A stretch of 63,818 nucleotides of DNA, filler included, from Reticulomyxa filosa (GCA_000512085.1; 11 parts of 11 records of this genome joined end to end with filler, not necessarily neighbours in it); one strand, 5' to 3'; shown: positions 1 to 12,084, counted from the whole stretch's first letter. The notes: generated by a model from the letters alone, not told the origin. A program made the numbers and translations.

Positions 1-156
1 CAATACCATATCCAATTCCATTTCCAATGCCACCATGCATACTGTCATTTGATATTTCACTAGTGGCAGACATGTTCGGAAGGTAGTTAACATGTCTGCC
101 TTACCATTAGATCGGATGCTTGGACCAATTCCATGTTGTGTATTTTGTCCAATCAT
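1..156 (-). CDS. ORF start directly downstream of the leader, running off the window edge (possible retroelement ORF1)
   Basis: ATG at 156; 52 open codons MIGQNTQHGIGPSIRSNGKADMLTTFRT... to position 1; no recognisable motif. Confidence 0.35.
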   Translation of the reverse strand, partial: MIGQNTQHGIGPSIRSNGKADMLTTFRTCLPLVKYQMTVCMVALEMELDMVL

Positions 157-655
157 GGCTTGCAGTAGAGCCGATTGGGGTAAAGACACCTTGCCTCGAC
201 CGTCCGGATTGCCTTCACAAGCCTTGTTATCAGCGAGTGAGTTTAGGTTTTGCCCGAGGTTCAGTAGAAATTACCCGACCCTCGAAGTTCTGCCAAACAC
301 AAAAAACAGGTATTTACCTCGAAAATGCCAATTTCCCGAAAGCTCCGAACATTTTTAAGATTAAACAAGGATCGATACTCTCTCACACAAGCCGACGTTG
401 CCAGTAAAAGATTTACTATCTCAGTTACCAGGATTTTGCACCACTGTACACTTAAAGCAACTTAGGACAAGATACGCTGTAAGTTTAAAAGCGCTTCCAC
501 CTCTCAAAGCACACAAGATGCTAAACCGACGACGAAACCCCCAAAAATGAACTGCAACAAAAAACGTTGCCAAATGGTAACAAAATAGTTTACAGTTACA
601 CTCCAGCAACAATCTCACAAAATCCAACTACTATAAAAAAATCTTTATATCACTA
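157..655 (-). repeat. Repeated ~500-nt structured leader, copy 1 (probable 5' UTR of a non-LTR retroelement)
   Basis: Colinear by eye with 35767-36250 (shared GCTTGCAGTAGAGCC, CGGATTGCCTTCACAAGC, GTTCAGTAGAA, CTTAAAGCAACTTAG, CAAAATCCAACTACTATAAAA). On the minus strand, similarity stops at the ATG at 156. Confidence 0.8.
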
Positions 656-794
656 TAAAAAAAATTTTTACTAGTTAAAAATTTTCTAGTTATAATTTTC
701 TTTCTTTCTTGGTCCGAGCTTTCTTGAGCTAGACGACGTTTGAAATACTTGATTTTCAAAATCTCCTTCAAAACTTAAGAGATGCCGAAGTATC

Positions 795-890
795 TTGACA
801 CTTCCAACCACAATTTCTTTCAAAATACAACTTTTTAATAAAAGTTAATATTAATGATGAAGTTGGTAAATATTAATTTTTTTTTTTTTC
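795..890 (-). repeat. Second repeated module, copy 1 (possible element 3' UTR)
   Basis: TTGACACTTCCAAC...CTTTCAAAATAC...AAAAGTTAATATTAATGATGAAG.TGGTAAATATTAATTTTTTTTTT also occurs at about 35389-35480. Confidence 0.75.
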
Positions 891-1079
891 TAAAGAAGCT
901 TATTTGAACTTTTTTTTATGAGATAGAATGTTGTTGAATTCATTAAAAAAAACAATGTGAACATGCACCTCACCCAAAAATGAGTACAGTACTAAATACA
1001 CAAATAACACTACAAAAAACAAAAATAAGTATCTTCATGTTCTTGTGGCTGTTCATATTTTAATATCGCTTGAATGAAA

Positions 1080-1186
1080 CAGTCTTCGAATATCTTGAAT
1101 ACTGATTGAATATCAGCAATATCTTCTTCAGGACCAATTCCTTTCACAACCACTTCTTTCGTCTTGAATTCGCTATCTGATCTAAT
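1080..1186 (-). pseudogene. Fragment resembling LINE ORF1/gag-like protein
   Basis: Minus-strand translation IRSDSEFKTKEVVVKGIGPEEDIADIQSVF resembles the VVIKG..(E/D)I pattern of non-LTR ORF1 proteins. Confidence 0.3.
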
Positions 1187-2164
1187 ATAAAATTTTTTTC
1201 TTATTTGATAGCAATAATCAAAGTTTTAAAAGTATAACTTGATGCAAGCAATTAATAAACTTGAACCCATTCAAAGATAGCTAATCTTTATTTGACGAAC
1301 AATATTAGCAGAATTCGTATTTGCTAGTCAAACATATGTCGATAATGTGCTAGATTTACATAAGTCAAAATCAAAGAAAAAGTTAAATATCTTTTTATGA
1401 TTAGTTAATTGGATCGCTAAGTTCATCACAAACATCGCATCATTGACAATCTAGTTTAGTAAACTAAGAATAAAAAACTGTTTCATGCTCTAGGTGTCCG
1501 CCATTCACCTTAAAACCAATGCAGCAACCTAAATGACGCTAGCGTTGCAAATGAATGTATATATATACATTAGTCATCGTCTATCAAACAATATCACATA
1601 AGTCACATTCAAAATAGCACACCTTGTCAAAAATGATGAAATACGTCAATTGTTTACATCATATCATCGTCAAACAAATTGGATAATTTATAAATTCGTT
1701 ATCTGAAAGAACGTCGTAGTCAATATTTATATTGGTCTTGGTCTGGATTCACGAATTGTAGCGATTTGTCCTTATTTTTACCAGCAATTGCCACTTCGTA
1801 CAATATTACTTAAATAAAATGTTGAAGTTAGCCCACATGAACTGGTGTACGTGCAAAAGCTCAACTTAACGTCCAACATTAAAATGATATTATTGCATAA
1901 TAAACGACAAACAAGCACTCATGTGTTGCAAGTAGTGTGGAATGTATGGTAAGTCCATATTATGAGTGCCAAAATTCTAAGTGAACCCTGGAGCCTCCAG
2001 TGGATAAACTTTCTTCTGTCCTTTGCCCTTTTCTTTATTTCGTGTTCTTTTTCTTTGCGCACACGGTCATATTGAAGGGATGATGCACTTTGTTAACCTT
2101 AAGGAGTTGAATGTTAAAAGTTTTTTATTACCAGTCCAAAAAAAAAGTAGATAATAAACGATTT

Positions 2165-3267
2165 TTATAATGAACAACACTGACTTTGATTTTCCATTTT
2201 TTCATGTTGTTCAAGTTTTTGTGCTAGCAAATTATGTAATATTTCAAGAATTTTGTTGTTCGTGTTTTCTTGTTTGGCTTCAAGACTAGGTACGTTGATC
2301 GACATAACCAACCACAAAGCGGAAGAACTAGTTTTAATAACATTCGGTAGTATTTGGAAAAAAAAAAATTTCGATTTTCGACGTACTCTGGCCACACATA
2401 TTTGTCATAGTAAGCTTTAAACAAGTGAAATTTACTTGGGTCTCTCTTCTTTCGCTTCAATCGTCTTAAGAAGCAAAACTGGTCGTCCATCGAAAATAAA
2501 AAAATAATAATATTGCATAAGTTCATTAACTTTTCACTGTTTATTAACAGCAATCCCTCTAACAAAAGTACTGAGGTGACGTTGTCTCGAAACGCTTGGT
2601 TGCTCTCGCTGAGTTTGCTGTTTACGTGTTGTTGTATCCAACGTGTGACATCACTATACATTTTACCGTAATCACAGGCCTCTTTGCATTCCATATTACG
2701 ATAATTACCAATCTCTGGATCAAGAAAACAATTTTTAGTATTGAAATAGCTGTCACTGTGAAAAGCTTGACATTTAAAAGTTTGCGATTTAAAATTTAAA
2801 AATCGCGTTATGTAGTCCGTTAGGGTACTTTTTCCAACTCCTGAAGGACCAACGATGCCTATAGTTACGAAATTTTGGTTTTTGGACGATACACGCTTCA
2901 GGTTATTATAAAAAAGGTCGCAATCAAAGCCAATTTCCATGAACGGAATTGGCACGTGTTGCATGTATAATGTCATTTTTTTTTCACTACCATTCTTTGC
3001 AAATGTTAAAATTCTTTTTTGATTAGAGGCAAAAAACTTTGTGCACGCCTCAATGTCGTCAAATGAAAGTAAATATCGCAATTCATTGTTATTGTTGATT
3101 CGATCGTTTGGGAGGCTCATAAGCTGATTCTTTTCTGTATGGAAAAGACCAACTTGCATTTTGTTCTGTTTGTCAATATTACATCGCGTAAGAAGCTCTT
3201 CCACCGAAAATGCAGTAATATCGACATTTTTTAATAATAAATGTCTCGAATTTTGATCAGATATCAT
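2165..3267 (-). CDS. Nicotinamide-riboside-kinase/uridine-kinase-like P-loop kinase with N-terminal extension
   Basis: IGIVGPSGVGKST Walker A, HSDSYF, VLLLEGLLL, CFLRR, YYDKYVWPEY. The C-terminus probably continues in ORF 2165-2395 after a frameshift in the A-run near 2357-2368. Confidence 0.75.
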
Positions 3268-4736
3268 TTATGTAGATTTCCAAAGATGAAACTAAACTTG
3301 TGTCCAATAACTACAAACTCCTTTTTAGCCGCTCACTATTTTAGGATCTATGCTTCTAAACGTTTTGTGCTCAAATAGTATTCAATAAGTTGTATTAAAT
3401 AAAATTTTTGCTATTTGCGAACGCAAAGCAAAATTTTCAAAACCCTACAATATACAAAGCACAAATGACTTTTTACTTTATTTTTTGAAATAAAAGCAAA
3501 TGCAAAGATTTATATAAAGAACTTAATTCAGAAAACACTACGTTATGCATGGAGTTAAAGTGCTGTTGGTGAGGAGGGATTGACAAGAAAATGATATTTC
3601 CAAGAGCATATCAACAGACATAATTAGTTTTGTACATGAGATTCTTTTCGAAATTAGGTCAAATATTGCAGAAATCGATTCAACATAGTTGTCGATTTGC
3701 GGCGAATGACACGTCGAAAAGAAATATAATGAACAAGAAAATCTCACGAATACTTGCAATTTCAAGTTGTTAAAACAGTTTTGTGACACCTTACAATTGA
3801 GTGAAAGCATTTTATCCAATATTGCTGCATCGGTCATATAACAGTGAAAAGTACCCTTTTGTCAATTAATAACCAAGCGCAAGTATAGTTACAAATTTAA
3901 TCGCAGTTACGATTATTTGAAATATTTAAGTCATATATACTACAATTCGTCAATATCAAATACAGATTCAATCATAAACTCAAGACAAATATACAAATAC
4001 AACTAATACTTTTGTTAGAAGCTCTTGAGAAAAAAAAACACATTTATACATATATTATGTTTTTGTTAAACATAACGACAAATTACTTATGACGACTACA
4101 CATTAAACGCAAACGCAAAATCGAACTTGGCATAAATTAAATATTTATAACTTTATTGTAATATATTGAATTAAGTTTATTAAAAAATTAATTTATTAAA
4201 AAATAATAAATTAAAACAAAAAACAAATAGAAGTCATAATATATATCAATGCTAGATCTAAAGTATATTCAAAACAATGTAATAAAACATTTGTTGCCAA
4301 ATTGCAATGTACTATTTCAGTATTTGTTAAATGTACACAAAAGATATTTCAAATGTATACATTGCAAGAAACCATATGATGTTATTTTGCATTTCCTTTG
4401 AAATTTCATGTCAATAATTTAAGTGGAAAAAATAAAAGTACATTCCGTCACAACCACTGTAAGACATTTCAATACTTTTTGCAAGTCCTCTTATAATGTC
4501 TTAATTTTAAAATGTCCTAATACAATTGCTATACCAATCTTGGGATAATAAGAGAAAATTAGAAAAAAAACACCACTGTTATGTTAAGGCAATGATAGTT
4601 TTTTTGCGTTTGCAATACTGTAAAATTGATTATCTTCTTCCGTTTTGTTTTCAAACTATCTTCTTTCAAAAAGATATTGGAAGTTTGTCAAGAAAAAAAA
4701 AAAGAACCAAGGTCGGGCAACGTTTTACTTGGGATA

Positions 4737-5927
4737 ATGGCATTGAACCTTGCAAATTTTGTGGCCTTTGGCTTGTTCACATTTGGTGGTTCAACATTTT
4801 ATGGGTTTTATGAAAGCTGGCGACATTATTCCGACTTGAACAAAGTCAAAAAATTTCCAAGCTACATCCCCCCAGCAGTGGAAGAGGGCGGCACAGTGGC
4901 AGCACCTGAGGTGAACTCCAATTCTGTCCTTCCACCGGCACAAGACGGCTATTATTACATCCAGGGGAAGTTGAGCACTACTAAGCCGGTGACAGTAGCG
5001 ACGTCGAAAGGTCCCTCGCTAGTGAATTCGCTGAGCTTTGACTTTGCAATATGTCAATATCAATTATGGCAAATTCTTGGACATGACGAAATGGATCAAG
5101 AACAAGAACAAGAACAAGAACAAGAAGTTATGACATCAAAGCGCGACAGGAGGGGAAGGTCGTCCATGGCCTCGTTCTCGAAATCGAGTGGCAGGAACAA
5201 AAAGTTATTGTTCAAGACGCATGTGGAATACAGACCTTTGTATATACAAAATATTGACGTCAACGAATTCAAAGCGGTCATTCCTTTGTCGCCAATCTGT
5301 TCCAAATCTTCAAAAACACCATTTTTCAGTTTATATCCTAAAAAAATTTTTTTTTTCCATTTCAATTTTTTCCTTGCGCACCCTTTCTATTAATTGGAAT
5401 TTTCGAATTTGAACAAGAAATTCCAAGAAAAATAAGTCAATAAAAAAATATAATTAAATAAATGAATTTAAAAAAAAGATGACAGTGGAATCGAAATAAA
5501 TATGCCTTCTCTAGTTGATGCGATTAAAAAGAAATTATACAAATGGTGCAAGAAACAGGGACTATCTGTGGCAATGAACGACTCTTCGCGGAATGAAAAT
5601 AGTCACAATAAACATTGGAATAATGAAGAGCCAGATCAAGAAGAGGACAATTCACTAGTTCATTCGTCGTTTTCAAACGGAAATACCCGCTACGAACATC
5701 AGCTGTGGGGTATTCGGAATGAAGAAGTTTGGACGGTGGTGGGTGTCTGGGATGGATACAACAAAATTGAACCCAAAGAAGGGCTTTTCTGTGATATTAG
5801 CAGATACTCAATTGATGAAATCAAATCCAAAAAAAAACTACAGATGATTGAAAATGCTGTCGCTGGGGTCACTGTGTGTGTTGTTGGAGGGGCTATTGTT
5901 TATTGGAGGTGGAAAAATTCGGTTTAA
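4737..5927 (+). CDS. GIDE-domain-like two-TM membrane protein (MUL1/SP1-like, no RING); 2 exons
   Basis: N-terminal TM, YYYIQGKL, then GIRNEEVWTVVG...ISRYSIDEI and a C-terminal TM; intron about 5329-5478. Confidence 0.5.
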
Positions 5928-6415
5928 AAAAAAGTAAAAAAAAAGTGTGTTGCTTTTGTTTTTGTTGTTGTATGGTGTGTTGTCATTCACAAACGTTTTC
6001 GAAACAAATTGGGTCTTCTTGTCTCACCCTCTCAGACTTTCTCATTTTAATACTTATTGTACCAAGACATCATGTTTTTTTTTTTGCGATTCATCTTATT
6101 ACCAACTTGAAGTGGGTCATTTTTTTTGCTTTTAGATTACCAGACCCAGATCAGTTACAACTTTTAAAAACAAAAATTAATTGTAAAAATGTGAAAATTT
6201 TGTGAATTTGTTTTCAAAAAGTTAAACTGCAACTGTCGATTTAAAAAAAGTTGAATTGAAAAGGCAGGTCCAACAAATATGCAAACACGTGTCTCAAGCT
6301 GTTTCGCAGGTGTAGATTATTTTGCGGACTTTGTATTCCCAAAGGCAGCAAAACACACCAGCGACAATATATATATAAGTGTATGTAATGTATACATGCA
6401 CTACAATGATACTTT

Positions 6416-9400
6416 TTAAAATTTGCTTTGACCACACATCTCGCAGGCCAGGGTATCGGCTTCATTGATGAACTTGCATCTGCATTCCCATTGACCTTTT
6501 ATTCCGGTGATGTAAGGAGACGCATCGGGCTTGTGTTCATCGAAAAACGCGCCGACCGCGTCGTTGAAAAGTGTGACCGTGCTGCTCTGCTTCAAACCGT
6601 ATGTATGATGGACACAATCAAATAACAACAAAAAGATGGGATCAACATTAAATAAAATAAACAAAGAATACCGTCGTGGGGGCCTTGTCGTCCTTTTTTT
6701 CTGTTGGGATATCAAATAAGTTTGTTTCTTGCTGATTGATTGCAACAGTAGTATCTAACTGCAAAAAATCCGTAAATTCTCGTTCTGACTGTTGCTTGTC
6801 AGCAGAAGAATGTTTGAGTGGTACTGGTGGCGGTGACAATGGTAATATCGGTGACTGTGTTGACGCTGTCGACATTGTGGATACCGTTGGTGCTATTGGC
6901 ACTGTTGCTACTGTTGGTATTGTTGGTACTGGCGGTATTGGTGGTATTTGTGGTGGTATTTGTGATGGTATTGGTGGTGGTATTGGAGTTTTTCGTTGTG
7001 TTGGTGGCGGGGGTGGCGGCGGTGGAATTGGCACAGACTGTTGTCCAGTGTAGTTTACTGCTTGCACACGCTGTTTTGATCGTAATACTGTTGATAATGT
7101 CTGTTCACAGAACACATGAGAACAACAAACGTAAAGCACAAACGAGACCAACTTACCTCAATATATCATATATACATATATACACGCATGCGTACGCGCG
7201 TGCGTGCACGCACGAAAGGAGTGTTAGTTTGAAGGAACTGGACACTTTGATGAATTGCAAGCAGCGCAAGCAGTGGTAAAACTATGGTTGATGAGTGTGC
7301 AAACGGAGCACTCCCAAGCATATCCGCGGAGCACGGCGTTACTGTCCAAGGGAATAGCATTTTCTTCGAATCCAAACAGTGACGAGGAGTCTTTTTCTTT
7401 TTGGACTAATACCAAATATACTTCTTTCCGTTCTATTTTTAAAAAGCAATCAAACAAAATATGTACACATAAACGTATACACTTTCCCCCTTTTTTTTTT
7501 TAAAAAAAAAACCTATGTTGGTATGTTCCAGTTTCAATTTCTTCAATTGATTTCGAAGGTCTTCTATCGGCAATATGTCCCACATGACAGACTCCAAATA
7601 CAAATGAAAGAGACGACCGAACACAAAAGTATCGAAAGGGATCTTTCGATTGATGTCATACAAATCACGTTCGGTGTACCAGCGAAGATGCCTGTTATTC
7701 ATAAATTCTCCCTTGCTCTCCGGCCTTGTAAGCGACGGAAGCGAGCTATTCACATCGCTGCACTTTTCTAAAGACAAGATGCCAACCTCCAAATTTTTGA
7801 ACATCTTTACCATGTTGATCACGCCTTCCGTCACTATCCCGTGGTCCGCCGATTTCATTATGCTCCTCAGCGGCTGTGTCAAATGGATGATAAACCTTCG
7901 CAAGTGCTGGAAGCAGTTCTTCGGCGCCAACACCTCATTGAATGTCTGCAAGTTCGCAAATGTAAACGTATTGATTTCCAAGTATTCAATTTTGTAATGC
8001 GATATCATCTCAAACAAACGATTCTTCCAACAGCACAACCTTTCATTCACATATTTACATGCCATTCATACATTAACGAATAAATATACGTATATACACG
8101 TATAATTAGACAATATTTCTGATAAAAAAAAAAACTTTAGTCGATTGAATGCTTGCCCACAATGTTGAACGATAAGAAAGAGCAGATCCAAATGATGGTC
8201 GATATGTTGGTTTGGGGGATGCACCATTTCAATATACTCTAAATTGTCTTTGCAATGCGATAGCATAATCTTGATCAGCTTCTCCCAACAGTTGCGATCA
8301 CTTCGTCGTGTTTCAACAGCTTTGTTGCTGTTGCTGTTGCTATTGTTGTTGCTATTGCCATTGCCATTGCCATTGGCATTAGCATTGTTTGTATTCGCAC
8401 TACTGCCCGACCTGACTTTCTTCAACTTCTTGTTTTTGGCTTCCAATTCACTGATCAAACTTGTGTACCGCGTCTCGATTTCCTTCTGTCTCTTTCGTCT
8501 CTCTGTTGGTCGTGACTCCCAATAGACAGAGGATGATGAAAATGATAGTGATGATGATGGTGATGATGACGATGGTGATGATGACGATGAGGATGATGAC
8601 GATGAGGATGAAGACGAGGCCGAACGGAGCGATGTAAAGTCCAAATACAATTGCGACACATATGCAGGCAATGGCTGCAAACGCTCGGACGACAAAGGCA
8701 GACTATTGCTGTGCAGACTAAAAGAACTGGATGACATGGCCAAGTGGCACTTGGCCATAAAGTCCAATACAATAAAACGGCATTTCTTGACAAAGTCAAT
8801 GTTTTCGTCCAATCTCTTTTCTCGAAAGATATTCAACTTGTGTCGCAGCGCGTGAAACACATTGCCGCTCAACGTGATGGAAAACCCTTGCTTCAATTGC
8901 TGCATGCAATGAATCCCATAAAAATACTGACACGTACCCATCAATCTGTACACCTCCGACCGCTGCAAATACCCCATTATATTGTTTACCCACACGTCGT
9001 CGCCGATCGAACGTTCAATTGCATTGCTTCCTACCGATGCACCAAATATTTCTTCCAAAAGTCCGTACTCGGAAATTTTATCTGGATCTATCCTTTCTTT
9101 TTCGCCTTTTTCCGCTTCTAAATTTATATAAATATAAATATGTATATACAAATATATATATATACAAATAAATATACATATATGTATATTATATGTATAT
9201 TTATATTTATATAAACTTGCTTCATTTGCATAGCCATTATCACCGTAAGGACCCTTCGCTTCATAGTCGGCGAAATGATCCACTAGTACGTGCATGGCAG
9301 CGCGACACTCGTTTGTGTTGAAATGCTTCATCAAGTGCAGAAACTGGTACAACGTTTGCACCGGCGACTTTTCTATCAATTGGTGAATTACATGCTTCGC

Positions 9401-10373
9401 TGCGGTACTGTCTTTGTATTCCTGTTGATAGTGCAGCAGATATCGAAACTTTTCATTCGGAGTTTGTCTCGCTGCTTTGCCACTCCTCTTTTTTTTGCTT
9501 CGTCCATTTGTTCCGTGCTTTCATCTTCCAAACTTTTATGCATATGACATACGTATACATATATACATATGTATACGCATATGTATATACATATATATAT
9601 TATAAAGTCGCGAATGAAATAGAGATTGGAATACAAAGCAAACCTTGAAAACATTTTTATTTGTTCCAATAAGACATCACGTTTGCCTTGTGTGTCTTTG
9701 CCTCGTTTTGCCTTTCCTTCAATTTCTTGTCTCACTGATCGTATACGACCACTCATTTTAGTTCGTTTCTTTTCTTTCAACTTTTTTAGGACATTCTTTT
9801 CCTTTTTTTTTTCCCAAAAAAAATGACATATGCGCATACATATATTGTATATAACGAAGCTTTTTTTTTGTCCGTACATGTTGTTTAAAAAAAAAAAAAC
9901 CAAAAAAAGTATGAACGAAACTGCACAGTTGACGCAAATGTGTAAAGCGTTTGTGCGGAAATGACTCAATCCTGAATGCCTGTTGTTGCAGTAATAGAAA
10001 AATGTCTCATTCGCAATAATACGATCACACCCATTGCACACGATTGGATTATACACACTGCCCGAAAGTGACATGATTGGGGCAGTGCATTTCATCATGT
10101 CGCCACAAATACACAATACTGTTCGGTCATAGCTTAAGTCTGTCCAAAATCAAACACCGCGTCGTTTGACTTCCCTTTCTCAGTGGTTCTCTTGGCACAC
10201 CCTTTTTCCCTTCTTCATTACTATTTGTGTTCGAAGACGAGAAAGAGATGAGTGAGACGGGAGAGGAATATAAAAAAAAATACACATTCCCGAGTACATG
10301 AAGGATGCAATGGTCTTTGGACCTTTGGTGGACGAAATGCATCAGTTTTTTCTTCTGTCAATGGTTGGGTCAT
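6416..10373 (-). CDS. Multi-exon protein: Cys/His-rich (C1-like) region, F-box-like motif, Ser/Asn low complexity, Pro-rich linker, two RanBP2-type zinc fingers
   Basis: CNGCDRII..YYCNNRH..HICVNC; IGDDVWVNNIMGYLQRSEVYRLMGTCQYF; WECSVCTLINHSFTTACAAC; WECRCKFINEADTLACEMC. Coding blocks are separated by (TA/CA)n-rich GT-AG introns. Could be more than one gene. Confidence 0.55.
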
Positions 10374-10991
10374 TTGTCAAAACTTTCAAAAAAACTCCCG
10401 TCGTTAGCCTGCGTTCTAGTAGTAATATCACAGTAAAATTTGTGTTGTTAATGCGATCATTAGTCTTCTAAGGCATTCTCTTGTACAAAGTCCAAAAAAA
10501 AAAGCTGCTTGCTACTTATGCACAAAACGCAAAGTATTAACAATGTAGCTGATTATGCATCTACAAATAAAAAAAAGTACATTACACAATATCCCATACA
10601 CGTGCGAACTAGAAGGATATATCTATTGCTGCGCTCTTTATATGCATATCAATTTTTGAAAAAAGCTTTGCAAGTAATTAAAAAACTAAAAATGATGACC
10701 AAAACAATAAAGAAAATAGTGCTCGCATAAAAGGAATCTATGAAAAGTGGGGGAGGAGAGAGAAGATATGAGGAAAAAAAACTCGAAGCATGGGCCAGAA
10801 GGATCAGTATTTTTGTTTTTTGTAATTAATCTTTCCCTCGCTTCCCCTATGTCCCGATAGCAAAAACTAAGCAAATAAAGTAACAAAAAAAAAAATGCAC
10901 GGTTTACGTATAATAATAAGAATATAATAAAAAAGTGCGCACAAAAATAGAACAGTTTTGGTAAAAAAGAAAGAAAAAAAAGCGAAGTGTG

Positions 10992-12084
10992 CTAGATTAA
11001 CTGACAGACACATGTCTGTGAGTTTTTTGTGTGAAGATGAATGTTGTCGTTTGCAAGTTGTTTGCTTTCCAAGACAGAAGGTGAGTCCAAAATCTTTTCG
11101 ATCAGTTCGGTGAACGAATCAACAACCCCTTGGTTTGTTTTCGCTGACGCTTCAAAAAACAACATGTTATTGTCCTGTGCAAATTCACTTCCTTCACTTC
11201 TCGGCACTGTTCTGCTTTTCTCCAAATCGATTTTGTTGCCAACTAACACCTTTTTTTTCCCCAAATAGAAAAATTCAAAAAGTTAAAAAAAAGTGTATGT
11301 AAAGTGCAATTTTTTTCTCCCCTCATATCATTTCTTCTTTTAGTGAACATGCTTTTTGCAAATGTAATTTGTTCACAACTTTGATGACAGCCCCTCTTCG
11401 AGTGAATGTGTCAACCTCTTGAAGCCAGCTTTTAATGCTCTGGAACGTCTCCTGTTTCGTTACATCGTATACTATTGATTCCCACATCACACAAAAAACA
11501 CACTTTGATATTTTTTTGTTTGATAAATGATTTTTTTTAGCAATCGAACTTACCTAATATCACACCTTGTGCGCCCCTGTAATATGCACTATTACATGTG
11601 ACCAATTATCCCCCCATCCACCGCTCAAGTGATTGAAATGCAAGGGAACATTTGAAAGTAAGACATATAAGCAAGGCATAAAAAAAAAAAGTGGGGTTAC
11701 TTGCCTTGTCAGTGTTCTAAACCTTTCTTGTCCTGCTGTATCCCAAATGGTTAGCTTGATTTTCTTCCCACGTACTGTCACCACTGTCGTCTTCAAGTCC
11801 ACTAATACCGTTGGCATAGCATGGGATTCAAACGGCTCCGATGTAAAGGATAGCTGTTGTCATTATGTGCAAACCAGTGAGACACAGTGCACTTGCTGTC
11901 CATTTTTTTTTAAGTTAAAAAAAATCAGTAGTTTTGTTTACCAGAAGGCATGTTTTTCCTACACCAGCATCACCCACCTGTTGGAAAAAAAACAAAATAT
12001 TTGAGTTTATTTTTTTTGACAGTATTTTTCTGTTATTATTACCCAACATACCAGAAGAATTTTTAGATGTTCGTCACAAGCCAT
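10992..12084 (-). CDS. RAB18: Rab18/RabC-like small GTPase, 6 exons
   Basis: Spliced translation [23 protein letters not shown]...[34 protein letters not shown]...VLVGNKID...[28 protein letters not shown]...CVCQLI. Confidence 0.85.

Noticed and set aside
157-655. Hammerhead or HDV-like ribozyme within the repeated leader
   Set aside because: No CUGANGA/GAAA core or HDV nested double pseudoknot found by eye; a covariance-model search is needed to exclude it fully.
1985-2070. Minus-strand MTVCAK..RNKEKGKGQKKVYPLE, reminiscent of the ribosomal protein eS1/S3a N-terminus
   Set aside because: Short, lysine-rich and with no continuation; could be chance.
6736-8799. Antisense and alternative-frame ORFs rich in L, V, G or H
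   Set aside because: Shadows of low-complexity codon repeats in the real minus-strand gene.
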